Below, in pieces: positions 56,406 through 64,000 of a DNA stretch of 64,000 nucleotides. A program made the translations under genes and the position numbers. Numbering within the stretch: position 1 is the first letter of the stretch; each line of letters begins with the position of its first letter. Below the pieces are notes generated by a model, which worked only from the letters and a program-made list of their open reading frames with translations, was not told the origin of the DNA and searched no databases. Origin of the DNA: a virus; IMG/VR virus record IMGVR_UViG_3300037475_000122, positions 10,143-74,142 of that record. One strand, 5' to 3'.

Positions 56406-56726
56406 TCACCAAGTAATTTCGGCCGACATCGTCGCGGAGCAGTGGGCAAAGGCCCAATTAGGGCGCTCCTCAACAAGTTTCATGCCAATCTCCGCGCACA
56501 GCGCCGCGAGGTCCACGGCGTCATGATAAAAAGCTTGGCGATAGACGCCGCCGCTCACCGTGCGAATTTTGAACGTCTTTTTGTCCTTGCAGTATCGCAG
56601 CGGCGGGGACCACTCTTTGCTGGTGACCGTGCCGCACTCGTAAGTTGTCGGCGTGCTCTGCCCCGGCCATCGGCCCGGCTTCGACGGATACTTGACCGGC
56701 GCTTTGCAGTAGGGGCAGGCGTTCAA
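56406..56726 (-). CDS. Small zinc-ribbon protein
   Basis: TTG start overlapping upstream stop; CPYC..YECG..C. Confidence 0.5.
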   Translation of the reverse strand: MNACPYCKAPVKYPSKPGRWPGQSTPTTYECGTVTSKEWSPPLRYCKDKKTFKIRTVSGGVYRQAFYHDAVDLAALCAEIGMKLVEERPNWAFAHCSATMSAEITW

Positions 56727-56968
56727 AACACGTCCTCCCGGTCGCCGCCGTATTCGATGCCCCGGTCGATGCCCGGGCGGCAGTTCCCACCGATTGCCGG
56801 GCGGTCGGCGAATTCGTATCCCAACTCGCGGGCCTGCACCTTGAGGTCGCGCTCCCAGAGGCGGGAGACCGGCGAGTTCGGCGGGTTCTTCAGGAGGAAG
56901 AGCAGGCACTTTTCGGTGTGGTCGAGGAGGGAGTCGCGCTCCGCACGGGTCATCTTGATTTTGCTCAT
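56723..56968 (-). CDS. Early hypothetical protein
   Basis: MSKIKM start after promoter. Confidence 0.6.
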   Translation of the reverse strand: MSKIKMTRAERDSLLDHTEKCLLFLLKNPPNSPVSRLWERDLKVQARELGYEFADRPAIGGNCRPGIDRGIEYGGDREDVF

Positions 56969-56974
56969 GGTGTG

Positions 56975-57003
56975 ATTGTCGCACATGTCGCGCGCGTTGT
57001 CAA
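56975..57003 (-). promoter_or_regulatory. Early-class leaderless promoter
   Basis: TTGACA-N17-GACAAT-N6-ATG. Confidence 0.8.
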
Positions 57004-57004
57004 G

Positions 57005-57301
57005 TTATTTCGCGGCCTCGTGAATCGCCCCGTGCTCCCCGAAGGAGAACCGCCGCAACTCCGGGTTGTTGGGCCATGTCGGGGTCGAGTAGCAGGACCG
57101 GCCTTTGCAAAGGTTGCCGTCCCGGGTGACATAGAAGCGGGTATGGGCGAGCCAGTCCGCGTCGTCCTTGAACTGGACAGGCTGGGAAATGACCCAATAG
57201 GGCCGGTGCTCGCCCGTGTAGCGGTGAACGAATTGGCGGAAAGCCTGTTGCTGAGCGGCCGGGGAGAGTTCCAGACCGTTTACCATCGAGGGCGTTTTCA
57301 T
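57005..57301 (-). CDS. Early hypothetical protein
   Basis: MKTPSM start; FVHRYTGEH.P.W..QF.DD..WL. Confidence 0.65.
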   Translation of the reverse strand: MKTPSMVNGLELSPAAQQQAFRQFVHRYTGEHRPYWVISQPVQFKDDADWLAHTRFYVTRDGNLCKGRSCYSTPTWPNNPELRRFSFGEHGAIHEAAK

Positions 57302-57307
57302 GCCCCC

Positions 57308-57335
57308 AAGATACATCAGCGCCGTGTAAACGCAA
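57308..57335 (-). promoter_or_regulatory. Leaderless promoter with variant -35
   Basis: TTGCGT-N16-TATCTT-N6-ATG. Confidence 0.55.
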
Positions 57336-57648
57336 GGAGAGGATTTGCGTTCATGATGACCGGGGATTCCCCGGGGGCGACAGGGCCAGCATCGCGACGC
57401 ATGAGGAGATTTCCCAACTCGCACCCGAGGGTGATTGCGTCGTTCTGCCGGTGTTGCAGGACCTCCGCCGGGGCGTTCGAGTCCAAGGCAAGCTGCCACG
57501 CCGACTGATAATTTGCAGACGCGATGGCGATTTCCGGGACGTGAGCAAGGCGGGCAGACATCGAGACGAGGCGCGCGTGCATGACGCAGTGACGCGGATT
57601 CATCCACGTTGGCCCGCCCATCAAATGCCACAAGCCGTCGGCAGTCAT
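57316..57648 (-). CDS. Hypothetical protein
   Basis: 110 aa, coupled. Confidence 0.5.
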   Translation of the reverse strand: MTADGLWHLMGGPTWMNPRHCVMHARLVSMSARLAHVPEIAIASANYQSAWQLALDSNAPAEVLQHRQNDAITLGCELGNLLMRRDAGPVAPGESPVIMNANPLLAFTRR

Positions 57649-57839
57649 TTGGGCTTCGGTGAACTAATTTCTCGCGCCAGCCCTTCGAGGATTGCCGCGA
57701 GTTGGCCGGGCGGAGTCTGCGGCGTTATTACTTCGCTCGTGCAAACGTAGCGCGTGCCCCCGAGGTCGAAGGTGACCTTGAGAGCTTTAAACGTCGTGTC
57801 GCGTTGTCCGTTGGGAGATTCTTTGAGTTCGATTTTCAT
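57645..57839 (-). CDS. Hypothetical protein
   Basis: 64 aa, coupled. Confidence 0.55.
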   Translation of the reverse strand: MKIELKESPNGQRDTTFKALKVTFDLGGTRYVCTSEVITPQTPPGQLAAILEGLAREISSPKPK

Positions 57840-58036
57840 TTGATGATGAGCGCGTCAATGACTTCTTCGTCGCCGAACGCCTCGCGGTCCATGATGAAGC
57901 CGTCGGGGGATTGGACGATTGGCGTGAGTTGCGCGACTGCCGGGCGAAGCACGAGGCTTGTTTGATGCACGAGCACGGGCGCGTCGTCGGCCAGCGTTGA
58001 GAGCCGCACGAGTTTTCTGAGTTGGCCCATGTTCAT
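57836..58036 (-). CDS. Hypothetical protein
   Basis: MNMGQL start. Confidence 0.55.
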   Translation of the reverse strand: MNMGQLRKLVRLSTLADDAPVLVHQTSLVLRPAVAQLTPIVQSPDGFIMDREAFGDEEVIDALIIK

Positions 58037-58233
58037 GAGATGCGAAGGTGCGGAACGTTGTCGTGACACTCGAAAAATCCAGTCGCCTCGGAAAAGAATC
58101 GGCCGTGCTCCAACTCCACACGGCGCGCTTCCATGTAGTCTGACGGGTCGAGGCCGTCCTCTACCACCACGGGGAAGTCGCCATGTTGTTTGATGGCGCG
58201 TTGAAGTTCAACAATGAGTTCTGAAGCTATCAT
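58033..58233 (-). CDS. Hypothetical protein
   Basis: MIASEL..L...I..HGD.PV. Confidence 0.6.
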   Translation of the reverse strand: MIASELIVELQRAIKQHGDFPVVVEDGLDPSDYMEARRVELEHGRFFSEATGFFECHDNVPHLRIS

Positions 58234-58667
58234 GGGTTGCAGTAGCCGCAGCAGGATTGCCCGTCCTCCTTGTTGCAAATCTCGCATTGCTGAGGATTGC
58301 GAGTGTCCGGGTAATACGTGGCGAGCCATTCCGGATTGATGCGCCGAAAAACATTGGCCTGCACGTCATACTCGAAAACGTTTGCTTCCAGCCCGTGCCG
58401 GTCGAAAAATGGTTTGACGAGTTGAGCGAGCACGTTGTTCGGCCCGAGCGCGCCCTTGGTGAAAATGCACAGCGCGCATTCCGCCCCGGCCATGATGTCA
58501 TAGACGAAATCCGTTTCGCCGCCCCACTTCGACCACGCCTGTTCGAGGTAGCTGTCCCGGTATCCTCCGCCTACGCGAGGCACAAACACCCGGCGTCGTT
58601 GTTCCGGCGGGAACGGGGACGGCTTGACGTCGCCGCGTTGGCTGGCAATCTCGGCGTGGTTGTTCAT
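58230..58667 (-). CDS. Hypothetical protein
   Basis: MNNHAE start; Cys-rich C-terminus. Confidence 0.55.
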   Translation of the reverse strand: MNNHAEIASQRGDVKPSPFPPEQRRRVFVPRVGGGYRDSYLEQAWSKWGGETDFVYDIMAGAECALCIFTKGALGPNNVLAQLVKPFFDRHGLEANVFEYDVQANVFRRINPEWLATYYPDTRNPQQCEICNKEDGQSCCGYCNP

Positions 58668-60514
58668 GAGCGGCGGGAGTTCGAGGACAGGAGCACGCGG
58701 GCGAAGTATCGGGCCGACAATTTGAAAGCCCCGCCGCTCGAATGCTCGTAAGTGACCGAGCCATCGGGGAAGACTTCGAGAACGGTGCGGACGATATTTT
58801 TGCCGTCGCCCGAGGTCCACCTATCGCCGACTTTGGCAACGTAATCGTAGGTCGCAGTCTTCCACGCGGGGTGAATCCTCGGCGTCGTTTCGCGGAACGT
58901 GAACGAGTTGTTCACCCCACTGCGGAACATGATTGCACTTGGGCCGACGCGCTTCGCCCACTCCCGGCAGGCGCGGTTCCGATAATAGCGGCAGGTGTTG
59001 CCCGGTCGCTTCAACGGCTGGCGAGTATAGACCACAATCGCGTCACTCACTTGCGTGATTGTGCGGCGTGTCCCGTCCATGCTCACCCACGAGTCACCAA
59101 TCGCGAAGCCGCAATCCGGTTCGCCGGGCAGACGTGCGGCCAGCACGAGCGGGCTTTTGTATTGTGGCTCCTCTTGAATGTCGGCATTGGCCGGAGGCGT
59201 GGGCAGATTTTGCGCCGAGAAAAGTGCGAGCCGTTCCGCGTCCTTCATGTCCTGAACCTTTTGCAGGTCGTCGGAGGCACGCTTCCGCCCGGCCTGATAG
59301 CCCTTGCCCCAATCGCCGCACAGCCGCTCATAGTGACCCTTCCATTCCATCGCCTCGTGATTGCCCGCCTTGGCACCCTCGGCATATCCTTCGGCGTGGG
59401 CGGCCTTCATGTCCTGAGCCTTTAGCAGGTCGTTCGCGTAGCGCCCGGCCTTCACTCCGTCGGCAAAACTCACCGGAGCTTGCACTTGTCGGCCCTTCTC
59501 GTATCCTTCGGCGTGGGCCTTATGATACTCCGACTTCAGTCGGGCATCAAACTTGTCCACCTTGCCGCAAGCGTTGGTGAGCGCGGATTTCAGAACTTCG
59601 ATTTCCCGATTCAGGCGATTGACGATGGTGCGATGCCCGGCGCTCGCGTCGTCGCGGCCCTGTTGGTAGTCACTGCCGAACGTGCGCTCGTTGTTCGCCT
59701 TCTCAAGCTTGGCGAGATTTTCATTCGCCGCGAGCAAGTCTTTCGTGCGCTGCTCGACCTTGACTTTCAAATGGGTGATTTCGAGGTTCTCTTGCTTTCG
59801 GATGAGGTCGAGGTCTTGCCGGAGGTTGGCCGAAATGGTCCTCTCGTCGCGGACCTCCTGTTGCAGGCGGATGACTTGTTCGAGGTAATGCTTGCCCTCG
59901 CGCAGAGCTTTGGTCAAGTCTTCCGATACGGGGCCAAATCGGAACTTGTAGAGGTCGCGGTCAGTCTTCACCTCCGACAGTTCCGCATTCAGCGCGTCGA
60001 GTTGGGCCTTCAGCTTGGGGTCAGGAACAATGCCCACTTGCACGCGCAGTGCGGCGACTTCCTTTTCCAGCACCTTGACAGACGACTCGGCGCGGTCGCG
60101 GTCAGACTTCAGCTTGTTCTCCTCGGCGACGGTGAGGCCGGAAGGAGGGACCGATGCCTTGCCGTTCCGATAGCCTTCGGCGTAAAGCTTGTCGGCGTCA
60201 CTCAGCGTGACAAGTTTCCCATGGCCGGGCAGTCCGCGAGTGATGAGGCCGAAAACAGCAGACGCGACTTCCTCGGGCTGCGTGTAAACGAGGGGCGGAT
60301 TCTGGACGCCGAAAACGTGTTCGCCTGTTCCCACGAGCCAGCCGTTTTGCACGGCCGAGACGTTCAGGTATTTCTGAGGCTCAACGGGCGACATGGTCTT
60401 TTGAATTTCGGATGCGGTCTGGCGGTTGTCTGCGGGTTGGTCGGGCATAATCAGTTTTTGATAGGGTGAATGTTTGGCGAGGGTTGCAATAATTTTTTCG
60501 ACGAGATTCCACAT
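58664..60514 (-). CDS. Coiled-coil protein with GYxxG repeats
   Basis: 616 aa. Confidence 0.7.
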   Translation of the reverse strand: MWNLVEKIIATLAKHSPYQKLIMPDQPADNRQTASEIQKTMSPVEPQKYLNVSAVQNGWLVGTGEHVFGVQNPPLVYTQPEEVASAVFGLITRGLPGHGKLVTLSDADKLYAEGYRNGKASVPPSGLTVAEENKLKSDRDRAESSVKVLEKEVAALRVQVGIVPDPKLKAQLDALNAELSEVKTDRDLYKFRFGPVSEDLTKALREGKHYLEQVIRLQQEVRDERTISANLRQDLDLIRKQENLEITHLKVKVEQRTKDLLAANENLAKLEKANNERTFGSDYQQGRDDASAGHRTIVNRLNREIEVLKSALTNACGKVDKFDARLKSEYHKAHAEGYEKGRQVQAPVSFADGVKAGRYANDLLKAQDMKAAHAEGYAEGAKAGNHEAMEWKGHYERLCGDWGKGYQAGRKRASDDLQKVQDMKDAERLALFSAQNLPTPPANADIQEEPQYKSPLVLAARLPGEPDCGFAIGDSWVSMDGTRRTITQVSDAIVVYTRQPLKRPGNTCRYYRNRACREWAKRVGPSAIMFRSGVNNSFTFRETTPRIHPAWKTATYDYVAKVGDRWTSGDGKNIVRTVLEVFPDGSVTYEHSSGGAFKLSARYFARVLLSSNSRRS

Positions 60515-60515
60515 G

Positions 60516-60818
60516 TCACGAGTTCTCGCGGTCGAGGCACGCGGGAAAAACAGGGACGGGCAGCGAGGCTAGCGGCGGGTCAATGATGGCGATGCACTCG
60601 CGAATCGTCGAGGGCGGCGTGCCCCCGTAGCGTTTCACAAGCTTGTTGCCGCGCTTCTCGAATCCCTTTTCCTCATCCGTGCCGGGCGGGAATTGCACAT
60701 GCTGCATGCGCTCACGAAAAGTCTTGGGGTCGCTGCGGTCTGCGTCGCCTTTGCCCGCGCCGCCGTGATTCAGCCCGAGGTCTCGGGTTGGCATTTTGTT
60801 TCGTCGTCCGAGTGGCAT
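60516..60818 (-). CDS. Hypothetical protein
   Basis: GAGKGD..R motif; start at 60818 or 60794. Confidence 0.5.
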   Translation of the reverse strand: MPLGRRNKMPTRDLGLNHGGAGKGDADRSDPKTFRERMQHVQFPPGTDEEKGFEKRGNKLVKRYGGTPPSTIRECIAIIDPPLASLPVPVFPACLDRENS

Positions 60819-60819
60819 A

Positions 60820-61203
60820 TCAATGGGTGAGTTCGGTTGCAGTGTTGCTCTTCGTGGTCCCGAGGGCGCGGCCGTGCGGTCCATCAGTGAAGCAGAGCTT
60901 GAAGTTGGCCGCAAGCAACGCGGTGTCAATGCGCGCCTGTCGGAGTTCATCGTGCAGCCCGGCGATTGTCGAGCCTGCGGTTTCCAACGACTCGCGCAGA
61001 AACTTGACGTCGCTGCCCACCTCGGCGAAGCGGTGACCATGGCGGGTGATTTCAAACTCACACTCGCGCGCCCGGTTGGAGACTTTTTGAATGTCGTCCA
61101 CGATTGCCTCGCGCCGGGCCGCGACGTAGTCAACGAGTTTTTTGATTCCAAAAATGGCGAGCATCGCAGCCGCGCCAAGGAAGAATGTTTCGCAGTTTGT
61201 CAT
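60820..61203 (-). CDS. Membrane-anchored coiled-coil protein
   Basis: N-terminal TM helix. Confidence 0.55.
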   Translation of the reverse strand: MTNCETFFLGAAAMLAIFGIKKLVDYVAARREAIVDDIQKVSNRARECEFEITRHGHRFAEVGSDVKFLRESLETAGSTIAGLHDELRQARIDTALLAANFKLCFTDGPHGRALGTTKSNTATELTH

Positions 61204-61257
61204 GGTCAGTGTTTGGTCATAGGGTTAAATCACAATCGCACATGTGCCCGGTGTTTG

Positions 61258-61497
61258 TCAAGCCCCACCGAGCGGCAGCTTGTATTGAGGGATGAGCGGC
61301 GCGCCCGGCTTGTTCGACAGCGGCACGAGTTCGCTTTCGTATTGGGCCTCGCGTCGTGCGTTCAGCTTCGCATAGCTGGCCTGAATCGCAGTGTTGAAGT
61401 TGTGGCACGCCTCATCAAAACTCCCGTTGCTCCCGGGGCTGAGAACGTTTGCTGAGTAGTGCGGATTGACTTCGTGGTGGTTCGGTTGGTTCGTCAT
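61258..61497 (-). CDS. Hypothetical protein
   Basis: 79 aa, AC-rich leader. Confidence 0.55.
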   Translation of the reverse strand: MTNQPNHHEVNPHYSANVLSPGSNGSFDEACHNFNTAIQASYAKLNARREAQYESELVPLSNKPGAPLIPQYKLPLGGA

Positions 61498-61509
61498 GGT
61501 TTGTGGTGG

Positions 61510-62061
61510 TTATTCCGTGGGCTTGTTGACTTCGTTCTCCGGGCCGGGCGCGCCGGGCTGGCCTTCGACGCCGGGCAGACCGACAGGCGGATTCTGTGCA
61601 TCGGTGCCAACAGCGGCGGATGCAGCAGCGCGCGCGGCGGCTTCGGCTTCCTTGATGTGGGCTTGTGCGCTCTCGTAAAACATGTGGACGCCTTTGCAGA
61701 TGATGTCGGCGATGTTCTCGTCGATGGCGAGTGCAACGTTCAGTCCGTTTGCGTCGCAGATGAGCCACGTCCCGGTCTCGGCCTTCGCTTTGTTGGGCGT
61801 GGCCTTGAGTAGGACACCGTCAGGAAAAGGCTGCAAGACGAGTTCGGCAGGCTTGGGCCGGTCTTCGATGATTTCGCCCTTCTCGTTCGTTTTGACTTTG
61901 ATGGGCCGGTGATTGTGCGCTTCAGATACAGCCGCGCGTAGTTGTGCCGCCAAAGGGTCCTCTCCTCCTCCGATAACGGGCAGACCGCGAAGGGCGGCAC
62001 CGATTGGAGAGTTGGCGGGCGGGAATTGGATGAGGTCACCACCGTCATTTTGATTGGGCAT
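61510..62061 (-). CDS. Hypothetical protein
   Basis: 183 aa. Confidence 0.65.
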   Translation of the reverse strand: MPNQNDGGDLIQFPPANSPIGAALRGLPVIGGGEDPLAAQLRAAVSEAHNHRPIKVKTNEKGEIIEDRPKPAELVLQPFPDGVLLKATPNKAKAETGTWLICDANGLNVALAIDENIADIICKGVHMFYESAQAHIKEAEAAARAAASAAVGTDAQNPPVGLPGVEGQPGAPGPENEVNKPTE

Positions 62062-62074
62062 GGGTTGTGTTGGG

Positions 62075-62422
62075 TTAGTTGTTGGGGATTCGTTTCGGTG
62101 CAGTGCGGTTGTAAATCTCCGCCTGCTCTGCGAGGGATTCGCAAAAGTCTTTCATGGGCTTGAATGCCTCGGCCTGCTCTTCAGGTGTCATCTTGGCGAG
62201 CCGCTTCGACCTCGGGTTCGGGATTGGTTGGCCGTCGTGCCGTGGCTCGAATAGGCCGCTCATCTCGCTCTGTAGGTCCATGAGATGACGACGCAGCGTT
62301 TCAAGTCGGGTGCCCGTGCGATGCTTCAGGACTAGCGTCTGATGCTTTTCGAGAAGCACGAGGAAGTCTTGCGCGGCGAAATACAATTCGACCGCATCCG
62401 GGTTGTCAGTGGGTTGACTCAT
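62075..62422 (-). CDS. Hypothetical protein
   Basis: 115 aa. Confidence 0.6.
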   Translation of the reverse strand: MSQPTDNPDAVELYFAAQDFLVLLEKHQTLVLKHRTGTRLETLRRHLMDLQSEMSGLFEPRHDGQPIPNPRSKRLAKMTPEEQAEAFKPMKDFCESLAEQAEIYNRTAPKRIPNN

Positions 62423-63084
62423 TTGGTGCTCTGTTCGGGGTCGAGGTCGAGAACGAGTTTGCAGCGCACGATGAGCTTGGACAGTTGGAACTGTGCCGCG
62501 CGGAATGCGGCGGACGTAAGTTCCAATTCAGGCGCGACGTGCTTTGCCTGTTCGTGCGAAGGCATGTCAAGTTCAGTCAGGGTCTTCACGAGATTCAACT
62601 CGTTCATCAGATTCAGGCAATGGGCTTCGAGATGGATGAGCGCCTTGCGCCGCTTCTGGTCCCGGCGTGATGTGAGCTTTTCAGAGCCGAGGCCGCAATG
62701 CCCCACAATGAAGTCGAGCCGCCGCGATGCCTCAACGTCGATATTCAATCCGGCGCGCTCACTCTCCGCCTTCAGCTTTGCATAGAGCTTTTGCAACCGC
62801 TCCTTGCCGTATTTATTCTCAGTCTCTTGGTTGTCCAGTTCGAGGAAGACTTGAGCCGGGCAATTGGGCACTGGCTTGGACTTCACGAACGGCAGGAAGT
62901 AACGCAACAGTGCGTCGTATGCCTGAGCGGCTTGGCGTCGTGACTCGGTGAACGGGCCGAAGTGATTCTGTCGCCCATTGAGCAAGAGGACGGCGAGATA
63001 GCCGCGCTGTTTCTCATTGCGAGAGACGCCTCGGAAGGGCGTTTTGAAGTCTTCCCAATCTAAAGGCAAAGATTTATTGTCCAT
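62419..63084 (-). CDS. AP2-domain DNA-binding protein
   Basis: FRGVS..Y.A....GRQ.H.G.F...AA.AYD. Confidence 0.65.
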   Translation of the reverse strand: MDNKSLPLDWEDFKTPFRGVSRNEKQRGYLAVLLLNGRQNHFGPFTESRRQAAQAYDALLRYFLPFVKSKPVPNCPAQVFLELDNQETENKYGKERLQKLYAKLKAESERAGLNIDVEASRRLDFIVGHCGLGSEKLTSRRDQKRRKALIHLEAHCLNLMNELNLVKTLTELDMPSHEQAKHVAPELELTSAAFRAAQFQLSKLIVRCKLVLDLDPEQSTK

Positions 63085-63089
63085 GCTAC

Positions 63090-63118
63090 AAGGTTATACA
63101 TCTGTGCAAATATGTCAA
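63090..63118 (-). promoter_or_regulatory. AACCTT-class leaderless promoter
   Basis: TTGACA-N17-AACCTT-N5-ATG(63084). Confidence 0.7.
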
Positions 63119-63220
63119 GGGCTGGCGGAGTGACGCTGAGTCAGGTATATAAATACTTTTTGGTGTGTTGAGGGTGCGGCGTTGAGCCGCTGAGGCTTAG
63201 AGGCGATGAGGCATAAAGTC

Positions 63221-63355
63221 ATAGAATAGAATCACACGTCGCCAAAGTTTTTTCTTGGTGGAGAGATGTCTTCTATTATTACTTCTTTAAAAAGTATTAG
63301 TAATATCTGTTATATACCGGAGAAAAACTTTTTCGGAGGTGTGATTCTATTCTAT
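63221..63355. repeat. AT-rich imperfect palindrome, about 135 bp
   Basis: Perfect 17-bp arms ATAGAATAGAATCACAC (63221-63237) and GTGTGATTCTATTCTAT (63339-63355). Confidence 0.85.
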
Positions 63356-63407
63356 TTATTTGTGCTGGGATTGCGCTGGCGCGCAGCCCACTTTTCTCAA
63401 GCGGATG

Positions 63408-63436
63408 TTGACGGCGTGCGCCTACGCGCCAACCTT
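63408..63436 (+). promoter_or_regulatory. Late-class leaderless promoter
   Basis: TTGACG-N17-AACCTT-N5-ATG(63442). Confidence 0.75.
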
Positions 63437-63441
63437 TTCTC

Positions 63442-63588
63442 ATGCCCAAAAAGAAAAACCCAGCTCATGAGGCTGAGGACAAGTTGTTCGCCAATGCGCG
63501 ACCGGAGACGAAAGCACTGATGAAGGAACATCGCAAGTTGAAACGCGCGCAGCAACGCGCACAGTATTGGAAGGAGCGCGGCGAATGA
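63442..63588 (+). CDS. 48-aa basic protein (not in ORF track)
   Basis: MPKKKNPAHE..., ATGA-coupled to the next gene. Confidence 0.6.
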   Translation: MPKKKNPAHEAEDKLFANARPETKALMKEHRKLKRAQQRAQYWKERGE

Positions 63589-64000
63589 GCAAACTCGTTG
63601 ACAAGACACAGCATGACGTGGTCAAAATCTTTTTGCACTTCGTTGCATCTGTTGGAGATGTTGAGCGCACCGCGTTAGCGTGCGACCTTGACCCGGAGAT
63701 TGTGCGCCAGCTTGCGCTGTCGGAAGGTTGGGCCGAGAAGATTAAGCTTCTGTCGTTGACATCGAAGAGCAGCGGCTTGCAGGCTGGCGAGTTCGAGCGC
63801 ATGCAGAACCGCGCGATGGCGTGGGTTCAAGGTCATCGACTGCGACAAGTGCTGGACCGCGTAATCTGTAAACTTCATGAGATGCCGGACGTGGAATTGC
63901 TCGATGAGATTACCACGAGAGACAAGGAAGGCAACAGCCGCATGAGTGCGCGCCTGTTCACTGACCTTGCCAAGTCATTGGAGACGGTGAACGGATTGTG
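63585..64000 (+). CDS. Probable terminase small subunit (3'-truncated)
   Basis: MSKLVDK...; N-terminal HTH-like segment ending EGW, helical; begins the late operon. Confidence 0.5.
   Translation, partial: MSKLVDKTQHDVVKIFLHFVASVGDVERTALACDLDPEIVRQLALSEGWAEKIKLLSLTSKSSGLQAGEFERMQNRAMAWVQGHRLRQVLDRVICKLHEMPDVELLDEITTRDKEGNSRMSARLFTDLAKSLETVNGL

Noticed and set aside
51480-57335. Repeated TTGTCAA motifs as a CRISPR array or attC sites
   Set aside because: Spacing is gene-sized and irregular, the motifs fit -35/-10 geometry, and there are no cas or integrase genes
1-64000. Alternative genetic code, diversity-generating retroelement, intron/intein or lysogeny module
   Set aside because: Genes tile densely in code 11; no reverse transcriptase, template/variable repeat pair, splicing motifs or integrase recognised

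Overview
Nearly complete genome of a GC-rich tailed dsDNA phage with a podovirus-like (P22/T7-style) virion module. No integrase, CRISPR array, rRNA or canonical tRNA was seen. The + strand (1-27.3 kb) is late/structural: portal, scaffold, two glycosyltransferase-like genes, major capsid protein, holin, a u-spanin-like lipoprotein, two collagen-repeat fibres, tail tube/nozzle proteins, a 2OG-Fe(II) oxygenase, a GNAT, ejection proteins and a 2472-aa polyvalent protein. The - strand (27.3-63.1 kb) carries replication genes (PolA, primase-helicase, SF2 helicase, SSB, Cas4-like exonuclease, RuvC), a phage sigma factor, a histone-fold candidate, nucleotide/RNA enzymes and many small early genes. 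An AT-rich palindrome and the start of a probable terminase small subunit close the window. Three signals stand out. (1) A two-class promoter system, mostly leaderless: an early class TTGACA-N16/17-(TGn)xAxxxT-N5/6-ATG and a late class TTGACN-N17-AACCTT-N5-ATG. It matches a phage sigma factor with an RpoD-like -35 helix but a rewired -10 recognition helix. (2) The giant protein has a zincin protease followed by six modules, each starting with x-[FL]-L-P, including GNAT, CmoA-like methyltransferase and glycosylase-like domains. (3) A possible collagen hydroxylation/glycosylation kit for the virion. All family calls come from motif recognition by eye and need HMM or structure confirmation.
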